Source: the human T2T-CHM13v2.0 reference genome, Homo sapiens
Assembly: GCF_009914755.1 (NCBI RefSeq)
Contig: NC_060937.1
DNA length: 64,000 bases
Strand: one strand, 5' to 3'
Positions 13,301 to 27,955 of the stretch are shown one piece after another. The position numbers were made by a program, and so were the translations under genes. Under the pieces are notes generated by a model, which saw only the letters and a list, made by a program, of their open reading frames with translations, did not search any database and was not told the origin of the DNA. The first letter of the stretch is position 1; each line of letters opens with the position of its first letter.

Positions 13301-15134
13301 CAGCTTTTGTAATTAAAGCACAACCTTGGGTACTTTCAAATACATTTTCCTGAAACCTATATTACAAATACCTTTTTATTATTTATCCCTATGTTTCGCC
13401 ATTAATTTAAAACTCATCAATATTTACACAATTATTTACTTACAATTAAAATTAAGCATGTGGATGTGATAGCAATATTCAGTGGAATCCATTTAAAACT
13501 ACACATTTCACGTGAAATCAAAGCCCTTTCATTATGGAGAATTTTCAAGTCAACGGGACCTAAAACACATACTTTGTATTCAGAGGAGCTTGATTATTTG
13601 TTATGAAATGTCTCATAGTATCTGGTGCATAATATTTATGTTGCAGTTATATTTGTGACAGTATGTAGAAAGAATGGAGGTAATTATGGTATGATAGAAA
13701 ATATATATCATAATCAGTATTAGAAGAGATATTTCTAGTCACTGCCTTTACTAAATTGTCAAGAATCAGATGAGCTATTGATGACACCTTGCTTACACTT
13801 GACTTGACATATAATCCTATGTTTTAATTTAATGGCAAAATGCTTTGCTAATCACATCAAGACATACTTTCCCTACTTCTTACTTTCATGTGTTTATGCG
13901 CTATCATTAAGCCTCCTTTATTTTGCAATGCTGCTTTCTCTTTAAGAATAACTAATTTCCAGATCTCTCCAATTTCTACCCTCTCAGTTGCACCTTGTTG
14001 CTTATGCCATAACCACTTTTTCATGCTCACTTCATTATGTTGGTGTTTTAAGCAGAACACCTGCTAAGGGGTTATCTACTTTTGAAAAGATCCAATTGTC
14101 TTTAGAGCAAAGTGAAATATAGGCACAGAGGCCTAATTATTATTAACTGTTAGTATAATTGTAATTATAAGTAGAATATTTCATTATATTACATCTGTTG
14201 ACATTTTAAATGAATCTCTGTAATGTGCTACACTAATAAGCAGCAAGGAACTGCTGACTTGGCACACTTTTGGATGGCATTTGTGACAACAAAAGAGGTT
14301 ATGAAAATGAATTTGCCATAGGAGTCCTACCGAGTTAGTTACTATGATTCACAAGTTTATTATGGTAATAAAGCAACACGAGACAGTAATACTAGGGACT
14401 CAGATAATCAAGGAATGCACAATATTGCTCCCAACACATTGTGAAGAAGAACTAAGAAGTGCTGGGAATTGTATACAATCTAGTAGCAGCTGTCTCACTA
14501 CTGAAACACATCAGAAGGTCCTCTTCACCTTGTCTCTTCTCTGCTTGGTTCTTCCATTTGCAGTTTTCCTGAGAATATATGAATTGTTTCGGCAACACAG
14601 AAAAATTATTCTCATTGTGGCCTCAAGGTTGCAGGCTCACTTCTTTAATAGGAGGACACAGAGAAATGGTGCAGATTTAATCTTCAAACACAATGGGGGT
14701 TGTAATTTTTCTCTTCCCTGTGTGATTTCTACATGAAGTGACAGGGTTCAAACAAGCACATGAAACAGAAGTGATGAAGGTCAATGGATGTTGAAGGAAA
14801 CCAACTCTTGAGATGTATAAATCTGGATTATCTCTCTGGCATATACAAACAAGTCAGCATGTGTTTTGTACTGAAGCATAAATAGCAAAATCCCTGCCAA
14901 ATATCAATGTCTGTTTGAAAACTCTTGTTTAAAACCTCCTTCATTGCCATTGACATTGTCTTGTTGACTATTTATAGGACATTTGTAATAAAGTAATTTA
15001 ATACATTTGCTTTGTTTTGTCTATATTTTATGATTAGACAATTTTAAAAAGTTATGGTCAAATAAATTCATTCAAGCCCTATAAAACTTTTCTTGGGACA
15101 TGCAAATCAAGTATACTCGTTTCTATAGACAGAA

Positions 15135-16082
15135 TTATATGTTTTTTTATTGCTGTGTAACAAATTATCATGAATTTAGTAGCTCAAAAAACACCTCATT
15201 AGGCTGCCCGCGGTAGCTCATGCCAGTTTGGGATGCCTAGGCCAGCGGATCACTTGAGGTCAGGAGTTCAAGACCAGCCTGGCCAACATGGTGAAACCTC
15301 GTCTCTACTAAAAATACAAAAAAAAAAAAAATTAGCTGTGTGTGGTCGTGGGCACCTATAATCCCAGCTATTCGGGAGGCTGAAGCAGGAGAATTGCTTG
15401 AACCCCGGGAGGCAGAGGTTGCAGTGACCTGAGATCGTGCCACTGCACTCCAGCCTGGGCAACAGAATGAGAATCTGTCTCAAACAAAACAGTACAAACA
15501 ATTAAAAAAATCTCATTAGCTACAAGTCTGTGGGTTAGAAGTCTGGATACAGTGTGGCTAGGTTCTGTACTCAGTGTCTCAAAAGGGGTATCATTGAAGA
15601 TGTTGGCGAGGCTGTGTTCTTGTCTTGATCGTCCGGGGAAGAATATTTCCAGACTCATTCAGGTGGTTGGCTAATTTCAGTTCCTTGCACTAAAAGCACA
15701 CAAGTCCCTATTTCTTTGCTGGCTGTCCACTGGGGATCCCTTTCAGCTTCTAGAAGCTGTTTTTACTTTTTGCCACTTAGTGTCTATTATCTTCAAAGCC
15801 AGCAACAGAGAACTTCCCTTGCATGGGTTTCCTTTCACACTTCAAATCTTTCTGACTTTCCCTGTATCTAACCTCTAGGCCTAGATTCAAAAGGTCATAT
15901 GGCTCGCTCATATAATCTTTCTATTGCATAGTGAACTGAGTTGGGACTTTAATTACATCTGCAAAATCCTTTTACAGTAGTACCTACGTTAGTGTTTTGT
16001 TGGATCACTGGAAGAAGGTATGTGTATACTAGAAGTTAGAATATCAGAATATTAGAGACCACCATTCAATTCTGCCTATCAC
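15135..16082 (-). mobile_element. MaLR LTR (MLT1E-like) split by an Alu
   Basis: ATTGCTGTGTAACAAATTATCATGAATTTAGTAGCT...CAGACTCATTCAGGTGGTTGGC...TTAATTACATCTGCAAAATCC...ATTCTGCCTATCAC. Confidence 0.8.
15202..15503 (+). mobile_element. AluS (Sx/Sz-like) with a short left-arm deletion
   Basis: Dimer with an expanded middle A-tract; lacks TGTAATCCCAGCAC near the 5' end. TSD ends in CTCATTA on both sides. Confidence 0.93.
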
Positions 16083-16282
16083 TTAGTCATTACTGCAAAC
16101 ACATGCTCAAACTATCAAAAAATGCAGGAGAATCTGATACAATTATATTGCTGCATAGTGACTTTAGGTAGTATTTTCAGAGTGCAGCACCAAAAATCAA
16201 CATCATAACTTTGTGGAACATATTTTTGACTGATTTATTACACAAAAATAGTAATTTATTATTTTTATTAAATGTTCAGTTC

Positions 16283-16680
16283 TTCATTCATTCATGAAAT
16301 AGATATTTATTGCATCCTAAATATGCTCAACAGCTGGCCATAAAAAGAGTATGTATAGATTCCTGCTCTCAGAGAACTTATAGATACTTTGTGTCACACA
16401 CTTCGTTAGAAACAAAAGATGCAGTTACAGACAAGAAAGACTTGTACTTGAGCTGCTTAAAGTTCTATTGTGAAGAGACATAAACAGAATAACCACAGAA
16501 ATAAGTATTTAATTACAAATGAGTGCTATAAAAACAAGAAAATAGGGTTCATTAAGCCATGTATCAGGAATACAACCTAGAAAGAAGAAAAGGAGATTTC
16601 CCTGAGAAAGTCATATTTAAGCTGCCATTTGAAGACCAAGGAATTATGACTAGAGACAAGAAGAGAGAACATAGAGTGAT
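16283..16680 (-). mobile_element. L2 3' end, degraded
   Basis: TTCATTCATTCA..ATATTTATTG tail and TTCCCTGAGAAAGTCATATTTAAGCTG. Confidence 0.55.
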
Positions 16681-16904
16681 TATGGAGAATCTTAGCTTTT
16701 TGTTAACTCATGAAAAATATTAATAGCTTTTAAAAACAGTTATACCATATAAAATGGACACAGAAATTTTTCTGTTTAGTAAAATCTGCAATCTGTTTTA
16801 CAATTAAATGTGTAACTTCTTGAACTAATCATGGGAATAACTTTTGCCTTGAGGCATATGAATAATATGCCTTCTTCCATAAGTGAAATATGTTTAAAAT
16901 TTTA

Positions 16905-16971
<67 letters not shown>
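16905..16971. repeat. Perfect compound microsatellite (TC)12(AC)21
   Basis: Counted directly: TC at 16905-16928, AC at 16929-16970. Confidence 0.97.
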
Positions 16972-16972
<1 letters not shown>

Positions 16973-16974
16973 CT

Positions 16975-17205
16975 TAATAAGTGTCTGGCAAAGTTATAAA
17001 TCATTTCCAAATAATAACTCATTTAATCCTTGTAATAATCCCATTAGGCTGCTACAATAATTATCTGCATTTTACAGATGAGGAAACTTGAGGCTCAGAG
17101 AAGTTAAATATAAAGATCGCAGAGTGATCAAAGAGTGAGACAGAATTTGAACCCAGATTGCTTGGCTCCAGGGTTTGTGGCATTGTCTTTTATGCTATAC
17201 TGCCC
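16975..17205 (-). mobile_element. MIR SINE
   Basis: Core CATTTTACAGATGAGGAAACTTGAGGCTCAGAGAAGTTAA, plus CTCATTTAATCCT and GAATTTGAACCCAG. Confidence 0.88.
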
Positions 17206-18161
17206 ATGGCAAGACATAGGCAACACCTAGGACCCAGACCAGAATACACTGCATGGTACACAATCAATATTACCTCCCTTTTGAAACATTGACCTTTTTT
17301 TGAGTTGCTGCACCCTGTGTTTTTTGCTTGCTTAATAATGACTGATCAGCTTTGGAAATAAATCACACCTGAAAAGACTTTGCTTTCTTTATAACCACTT
17401 TTTATCAAACTGGTACATTGTTTTTAGAACATTCTCAGAGACTGAAAAAGCACCTTTTTTTTTGAATGCTTGTCTATGTTTGGTAAATATTTCATGTTAG
17501 TAAATATTTTATTTCTAATATGGATAAAAATACGTATCTAAAATATATGTGAACATATAATCAAGTTGCTTGAAATTATTGCAGAAGTATTATATTGAAT
17601 TTGTGTTTTTTAAAAAATTTTAGGTATACAAAAAAAATGAAAACAAGTCATAATTATTTACAGAACCAAATGTAGCCATCACTTTCTTAATATTATTCTT
17701 CCCTCCCTCAATATTAATCCTGTTTTCATTTCCATAGGTCATTTCCCACAGGAACATATGAATTTGATAATTTTTTATAACCCTTTCCTTTCCTTTCTGG
17801 ATTAAGGAAATTAGGAAAGAAAAAGCAATCAAAGGTGTACAAATTGAAAATGAGAATTCTGTCTTTTGCAGACAAAATATTCATGTCTATAAATAATCCG
17901 AAAGCATCTACTAAAATACACTAGACTACTATGTGAATTTAGAAAAGTTGAATAATTCTAGTTGAAAGTAATAAAAGTTAATTTTAACTACACGCTAGGA
18001 ACAAACAAATGAAAAATAAAATTAAACATATGGTTTACAATAAGACCAAAACATAAAATACTTGGTGGTAAATGTAAAATTCTATGTACAATATTTTATA
18101 GTGAAAACTAAAATATACATCTTTCTAAAATAAATTAGAGGAGTTGTAAAAGGAGAGAGAA

Positions 18162-18569
18162 TGAGTTAGCCAGGGTTCTGTAGACAAACAGAACCAATAA
18201 AAGGTACTTAAATAAGGAGAGAGACTGATTTTAAGAAAATGGCTCCCACAGTTGTGGGGGATGCCATATCCAAAATCTCTAGAGTAGGGAAGCTCTCTGG
18301 AAGTCCTGAGAGGAGTTGATGTTGCTGTCGAGTCTGAAAGCAGTCTGAATTCTTCCTTTTCAGGGAGCCTCCATCTTCTCTCTTAAGGCCTCCCACTGTT
18401 TGGATAAGATGCACACACATTAGGGAAGTTAGTCTACTTTACTCAAAGTCTTTTATATTAATATTAATCACATTTTAAAAATACCTTTATAGCAACATCT
18501 GCAGTGGTGTTTGACTAACGACCAGGCAGCATAGTCTAGCCAAGTTGACTCATAAAATTAACCATCACA
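18162..18569 (-). mobile_element. ERVL solo LTR (MLT2C/D-like)
   Basis: TG start TGAGTTAGCCAGGGTTCTGTAGACAAACAGAACCAATA and CA end CTAGCCAAGTTGACTCATAAAATTAACCATCACA. Confidence 0.88.
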
Positions 18570-19004
18570 GAAAGACATATACCATGTTCATAAAATGGGA
18601 CACTCAATATTTTTGAAACGATATCCTTAAATTAATCTATAGATTTTATGTGATCATCTCAGTAAAAATGCCTGTGGGCTTTTTTTTTTTGGTGGAAATG
18701 TACAAGCTGCTATTTAAATCTATAAGTATTTGAAAATGAACTAGTACAGCAAACATAATTTCGAATGCAAAGAACAGTTAGAGAATTTAAACATCCTAGT
18801 TTTAAGATTTACTACAAAGTTAAAATAAACAGGTAATTATGGTAATAATAATAAGATGGACACACAGAGATTACAGAAATACACTCCTGTGTATATGATG
18901 AATTGACTTGTGAAAAGGTGCTAAGGAATGAAATAGGAAAAGAACACTCAATTTAAGAAATAATTTTGAAACATATGATTTAATTTTAGACATGTGTGTA
19001 TTTT

Positions 19005-19311
19005 AATTTTTATTATATTTATTTATTTTGAGACAGAGTCTCGCTTTCTCACCCAGGCTGGAGTGAAATGGTGCAATCTTGGCTCACTGCAACCTCTGCC
19101 TCCTGGGTTCAAACAATTCTCTTGCTTTAGCCTCTTGAGTAGCTGGGATTACAGGTGCATGCCACCATGCCTGGCTAATTTTTGTATTTTTAGTAGTGAT
19201 GGGGTTTCAACATGTTGGCCAGGCTGGTCTCAAACTCCTGACCTCAGGCGATCCACTTGCCTTGGCCTCCCAAAGTGCTGGGATTACAGGCGTGAGCCAC
19301 CCCGCCCGGCC
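19005..19311 (-). mobile_element. AluSx-like, full length
   Basis: Dimer with CCTGACCTCAGGCGATCC. TSD TGTATTTT at 18997 and 19312. Confidence 0.94.
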
Positions 19312-20308
19312 TGTATTTTTATATCTCACAAAATACACAAAACTTAAGTCCAAATAGATTATTAACCTAGATGTCAAAGTTAAAGCTATAGAACTTCTAG
19401 AAAAGAACACAGAAAAAAAATCTGTAAACTTTTTTAGCAAAAATGTCTTCAACAGGACAAAAAAGGTACCAGAGTTAAAGGAAGATAATTGATAAGTGAA
19501 CATCAAAGTTAAAATATTTTGCTGTTGAAAATTCACAATTTCATTAATAAAATGAAAATGAAAACACAGATGGGCTGAAAATATTTGCAATTTTTATGTC
19601 TCATAATGACGTATCTAAAAAAATTTAAAAACTTACAACCCACTACTAAGAAGATAATTTTTAAATGTGCAAAATGCATTAAAACAAACATCAAAAAAGA
19701 AGCTCACCAAAAGATGCTCAACATTGTTGGGCATCAAGGAAATATAAATTATTACTATAATGCAATATCACTACAATTTCACCACAATAGCTAAAATTAG
19801 ACTGATAATATAAGTGTTAGTGAGGATGTGATATAATAGACCTCTGATACATTGATGGCAGGAGTACAACATGGCAGAAAAATTTTGGACAATTACTAGA
19901 CAGTTTCTTACAGAGATTAACATAACCACCATATGACCCAGCAATCCCCTCTAGGTATTCATCTGAGAAAAGTAAAAACATATTTTCTCACAAAAACATG
20001 AGAATGATGCTTCAGGACAGCTTTATTTGTAACAGCCAAAAACTAGAAAACTCTAAAATGGCTATCAAAAAGTGAAATCATAAACTTGTGTTGTATTTAT
20101 ATAAAGGGAAATTAATCACCAAGTTAAAAATGAATGACTGATATACAAACACTGTGGGTAAATCTCAAAACCTGTAAGGTGAAAATGAAAGACCAGACAC
20201 CAAAGTCTTCATTCTATATAATTTCATTTATGTGAAATTCCAGGACAGACAAAGTGTAGTAATAGGTGAGAGGTTTGACAGAGAAAGGATGAAGAAAGAA
20301 AACATTTA

Positions 20309-21209
20309 TTTATTTATTTATTTATTTTTCTGTATTTCTACTAAAAAAAAAAAAAACTGACATGCTTGTGCAGAACATGCAGGTTTGTTACATAAGTATA
20401 TGTGTGCCACGGTGGTTTGCTGCACCTATTGACCCATCCTTTGAGTTCCCTCCCCTCACCTCCCACCCCCGCAAGAGGCCCTGGTGTGTGTTGTTCCCCT
20501 CTCTGTGTCCATGTGATCTCAGTGTTCAACTCTCACTTATGAGTGAGAACATGCGATGTTTGGTTTTCTGTTCCTGTGTTAGTTTGCTGAGGGTGATGGT
20601 TTCTAGCTTCATCCATGTTGCTGCAAAGGACATGATCTTCCTTTTTATGGCTGCAAAGTATTCCATGGTGTATATGTACCACATTTTCTTTATCCAGTCT
20701 ATCATTGATGGGCATTTGGGTTGGTTCCATGTCTTTGGTATTGTAAATAGTACTGTAATAAACATATGCGTGCATGTGTCTTTACAGTAGAATCATTTCT
20801 ATTCCTTTGAGTATGTACCCAATAATGGGATTGCTGGGTCAAAAGGTATTTCTGGTTCTTGATCCCTGAAGAATCACCGTACTGTCTTCCACAATGGTTG
20901 AACTAATTTACAGACCCATCAACAATGTAAAAGCGTTCCTATTTCTCCACAGCCTCGCCAGCATCTATTGTTTCCTAACATTTTAATAATCACCATTCTG
21001 ACTGACATGAGATGACATCTCATTGTGGTTTTGATATGCATTTTCTGATGATCAGTGATGCTGAGCTTTTTTTCATATATTTGTTGGCTGCAAAAATGTC
21101 TTCTTTTCAGAAGTGTCTGTTCATATTCTTTTCCCACTTTTTGATGGGGTTGTTCGTTTTTTTCTTGTAAATATGTTTAAGTTCCTTGTAAATTCTGGAT
21201 ATTAGACCT
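20309..21209 (-). mobile_element. L1PA8-like 3' fragment (about 0.9 kb, 5'-truncated)
   Basis: ORF track gives ORF2 C-terminal peptide TWNQPKCPSMIDWIKKMWYIYTMEY. The 3' UTR has the internal A-run and CCTATTGACCCATCC of L1PA8 type. TSD GAAWGWAAACATTTA at 20294-20308 and 21210-21224. Confidence 0.88.
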
Positions 21210-21857
21210 GAATGTAAACATTTATATTTGTTGACTGGAATTGTAGTGAACATGGGTGAATACATTTTCCCAAACTTCTCAAACTCACACTTAAAATGAA
21301 TGAGTTTTATTTCATATAAATTATACCTAAGTTGACTTAAAAAAATCTTGCTTTATGGAACACTTTTGGTCATATTTTGTTTTTAATAGTTTCATGTAAT
21401 TTATTTGCCCCCACTATCTTTCATGGGATGACATGCTTGTTTCTAGATTAATTTCATACCCCACCACCATCCCTCATTATTGAAAAGTTAAGTCACATAT
21501 GGTAGAACTTTTCAGCTTATAAACATACTAGGATAATTTGGTAAAACATTTGGATTGTATTCCATTACTAGATGTTAAGAATCATTTGTTAATTCAATAA
21601 TATTATCAGTGATGACAGAGATTAGAACATTAGAAGTCATTTGAAATGAAGGATAATTCATAAGTAATCAAAAAATTGGGTAATCCACCAAATTCTACTT
21701 GTCACTTGGGTATAGATTTTTAAATATCATGAGCTAACCACAGATATTTTGTGCCCTCTGAGAGATAACACTTTTGATAAATAAGCATGAATAAGCTTAT
21801 CTGATAAATAATAAGCATAAATAATGGGCACACTTGGGCATAGATTTTTAAATATCA

Positions 21858-22160
<303 letters not shown>

Positions 22161-22438
22161 AATTAAATTTAAAATATGATATTACATGACCTTTAATATT
22201 AGGATGAGAAAAAATACTAAATTTCATTGCTGCCGAAACTGTTAACTGATTATTTCTCAAATACATGAAAATCAGTTTCTGAAGAATTAGTCACCTCCCT
22301 TCACAACTACTATAATACAATAATGCAAGATGTTTTAGGTGCTGTGTAGATATACATTTAAAAATTCATAGGTGCATTTTTATACATATTTACCTCAATA
22401 CACATTAAAGTATAACTGTATATCAAAACTATAACTTT

Positions 22439-23492
22439 GGGGGGTCCATCCCAAGATGGCCAAATAGGAACAACTTTGGTCTGCAGCTCCCAGTGTGATC
22501 AGTGCAGAAGATGGGTGATTTCTGCATTTCCAACTGAGGTACCTTGTTCATCTCATTGGGACTGGTTGGACGGTCAGTGCAGCCCATGGAGGGTGAGCTG
22601 AAGCAGGGCGGGGCATTGCCTCACCCAGGAAGTGCAAGGGGTCAGGGGATTTCCCTTTCCTAGCCAAGGGAAGCCGTGACAGACTGTACCTGGAAAATTG
22701 GGACATTGCCACCCAAATACTGCACTTCTCCAATGGTCTTAGCAAATGGCACACCAGGAGATTATATGCCACACCTGGCTCAGCAGGTCCCACACCCACG
22801 GAGCCTTGCTCACTGCTAGCGCAGCAGTCCAAGATCAAACTGTGAGGTGGCAGCCTGGCTGGGGGAGGGGCGTCCACCATCGCTGAGGCTTGAGTAGGTA
22901 AACAAAGAGGCCTGGAAGCTCGAACTGGGTGGAGCCCATCGCAGCTGAACAAGGCCAGCTCAACAAGGCCTGCCTGCCTCTGTAGACTCCACTTCCGGGA
23001 GCAGGGCATAGCTGAACAAAAGGCAGCAGAAACTTCTGCAGACTTAAACATTCCTGTCTGACAGCTTTGAAGAGAGTAGTGGTTCTCCCAGCATGGTGTT
23101 TGAGCTCTGAGAACAGACAGGCTGCCTCCTCAAGTGGGTCCCTGACCCTCGTGTAGCCTAACTGAGACACCTCCCAGTAGGGGGCTGACTGAACCTCATA
23201 CAGCTGGGTGCCCTTCTGAGACAAAGCTTCCAGTGGAAGGATCAGGCAGCAATATTTGCTGTTCTGCAATATTTGTTGCTCTGCAACCTCCATTGGTGAT
23301 ACCCAGGCAAACAGGATCTGGAGTGGACCTCTAGCAAACTCCAGCAGATATGCAGCTGAGGGATCTGACTGTTAGAATGAAAACTAACAAATGGAAAGGA
23401 ATAGCATGAACATCAACAAAAAGGACATCCACACCAAAACTCCATCTGTAGGTCACCATCAGCAAAGACCAAAGGTAGATAAAACCACAAAG
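22439..23492 (+). promoter_or_regulatory. L1 5' UTR with sense and antisense promoter region, YY1 site and the ZNF93-bound segment
   Basis: AAGATGGCC at 22453-22461. The segment at about 23213-23342 (CTGAGACAAAGCTTCC..GGACCTCTAGCAAACT) is the region lost in younger L1PA3/L1HS. CpGs are largely decayed and activity is not shown. Confidence 0.7.
22548..22880 (-). CDS. ORF0: L1 ORF0 homolog, open for 110 aa (167 aa from an upstream in-frame ATG at 23051); translation unproven
   Basis: MVDAPPPARLPPHSLILDCCASSEQGSVGVGPAEPGVAY aligns with the recalled L1HS ORF0 start MAGAPPPASLPPCSLISDCCASNQRDSVGVGPSEPGVGY. Kozak context is GCGATGG. Confidence 0.55.
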   Translation of the reverse strand: MVDAPPPARLPPHSLILDCCASSEQGSVGVGPAEPGVAYNLLVCHLLRPLEKCSIWVAMSQFSRYSLSRLPLARKGKSPDPLHFLGEAMPRPASAHPPWAALTVQPVPMR

Positions 23493-24516
23493 ATGGGGAG
23501 AAACCAGAGTAGAAAAGCTGAAAATTCTGAAAACTGGAGTGCCTCTTCTCCTCCAAAGAATTGCACCTCCTTGCCAGCAACGGAACAAAGCTGGATGGAG
23601 AATGACTTTGACGAGTTGACAGAAGTAGGCTTCAGAAGGTCGGTAATAACAAACCTCCGAGCTAAAGGAGGATGTTTGAACCCATCACAAGGAAGCTAAA
23701 AACTTTGAAAAAAGATTAGATGAATGGCTAACTAAAATAAACAGTGTAGAGAAGACCTTAAATGACCTGATGGAGCTGAAAACCATGACACAAGGACAAT
23801 ACGACACATGCACAAGATTCAGTAGTCGATTTGATCAAGTGGAAGAAAGGGTATCAGTGACTGGAGATCAAATTAATGAAATGAAGCAAGAAGAGAAGTT
23901 TAGAGAAAAAAAGAGAAAAAGAAATAAACAAAGCCTCCAAGAAATATGGGACTATGTGAAAAGACCAAATCTATGTCTGATTGGTGTACCTTAAAGTGAT
24001 GGGGAGAATGGAACCAAGCTGGAAAACACTCTTCAGTATATTATCCAGGAGAACTTCCCCAACCTAGCAAGGCAGGCCAACATTCAAATCTAGGAAATAC
24101 AGAGAACACCATAAAGATACTCCTTGAAAAGAGCAACCCCAAGACACATAATCGTCAGATCCACCAAGGTTGAAATGAAGGAAAAAATGTTAAGGGCAGC
24201 CAGAGAGAAAGGTCGGGTTACCCACAAAGGGAAGTCCATCAGACTAACAGCGGATCTCTCGGCAGAAACGCTACAAGCCAAAAGAGAGTGGGGGCCAATA
24301 TTCGACATTCTCAAAGAAAAGAATTTTCAACCCAGAATTTCATATCCAGCCAAACTAAGCTTCATAAGTGAAGGAAAAATAAAATTCTTTACAGACAAGC
24401 AAATGCTGAGAGATTTTGTCACCACCAGGCGTGCCTTACAAGAGCTCCTGAAGGAAGCACTAAACATGGAAAGGAACAACCAGTAACAGCCACTGCAAAA
24501 ACATGCCAAATTATAA
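23493..24516 (+). pseudogene. L1 ORF1p, disrupted
   Basis: MGRNQSRKAENS start, with fragments QSLQEIWDYVKRPNL and RATPRHIIVR..NFQPRISYPAKLSF. A frameshift near 23655 and several in-frame stops (e.g. 23992, 24484). Confidence 0.95.
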
Positions 24517-24579
24517 AGACCATCAATGCTAGAAAGAAACTGCACCAACTAACGGGCAAAACAACCAGCTAACATCATA

Positions 24580-27955
<3,376 letters not shown>

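Larger units (their letters stand above)
17805..21345 (+). mobile_element. Old L1M ORF2 to 3' UTR, interrupted by MLT2, AluS and L1PA8
   Basis: AAAGGTGTACAAATTG..TTTGCAGAC (decayed KGIQI..FADD region), ATATGACCCAGCAATCCC, and 3' end TAAATTATACCTAAGTTGACTTAAAAAAA. The pieces are collinear across the three insertions. Confidence 0.75.

Noticed and set aside
14344-14736. 130-aa ORF in apparently unique DNA
   Set aside because: No recognisable domain or convincing splice flanks; compatible with a chance ORF.
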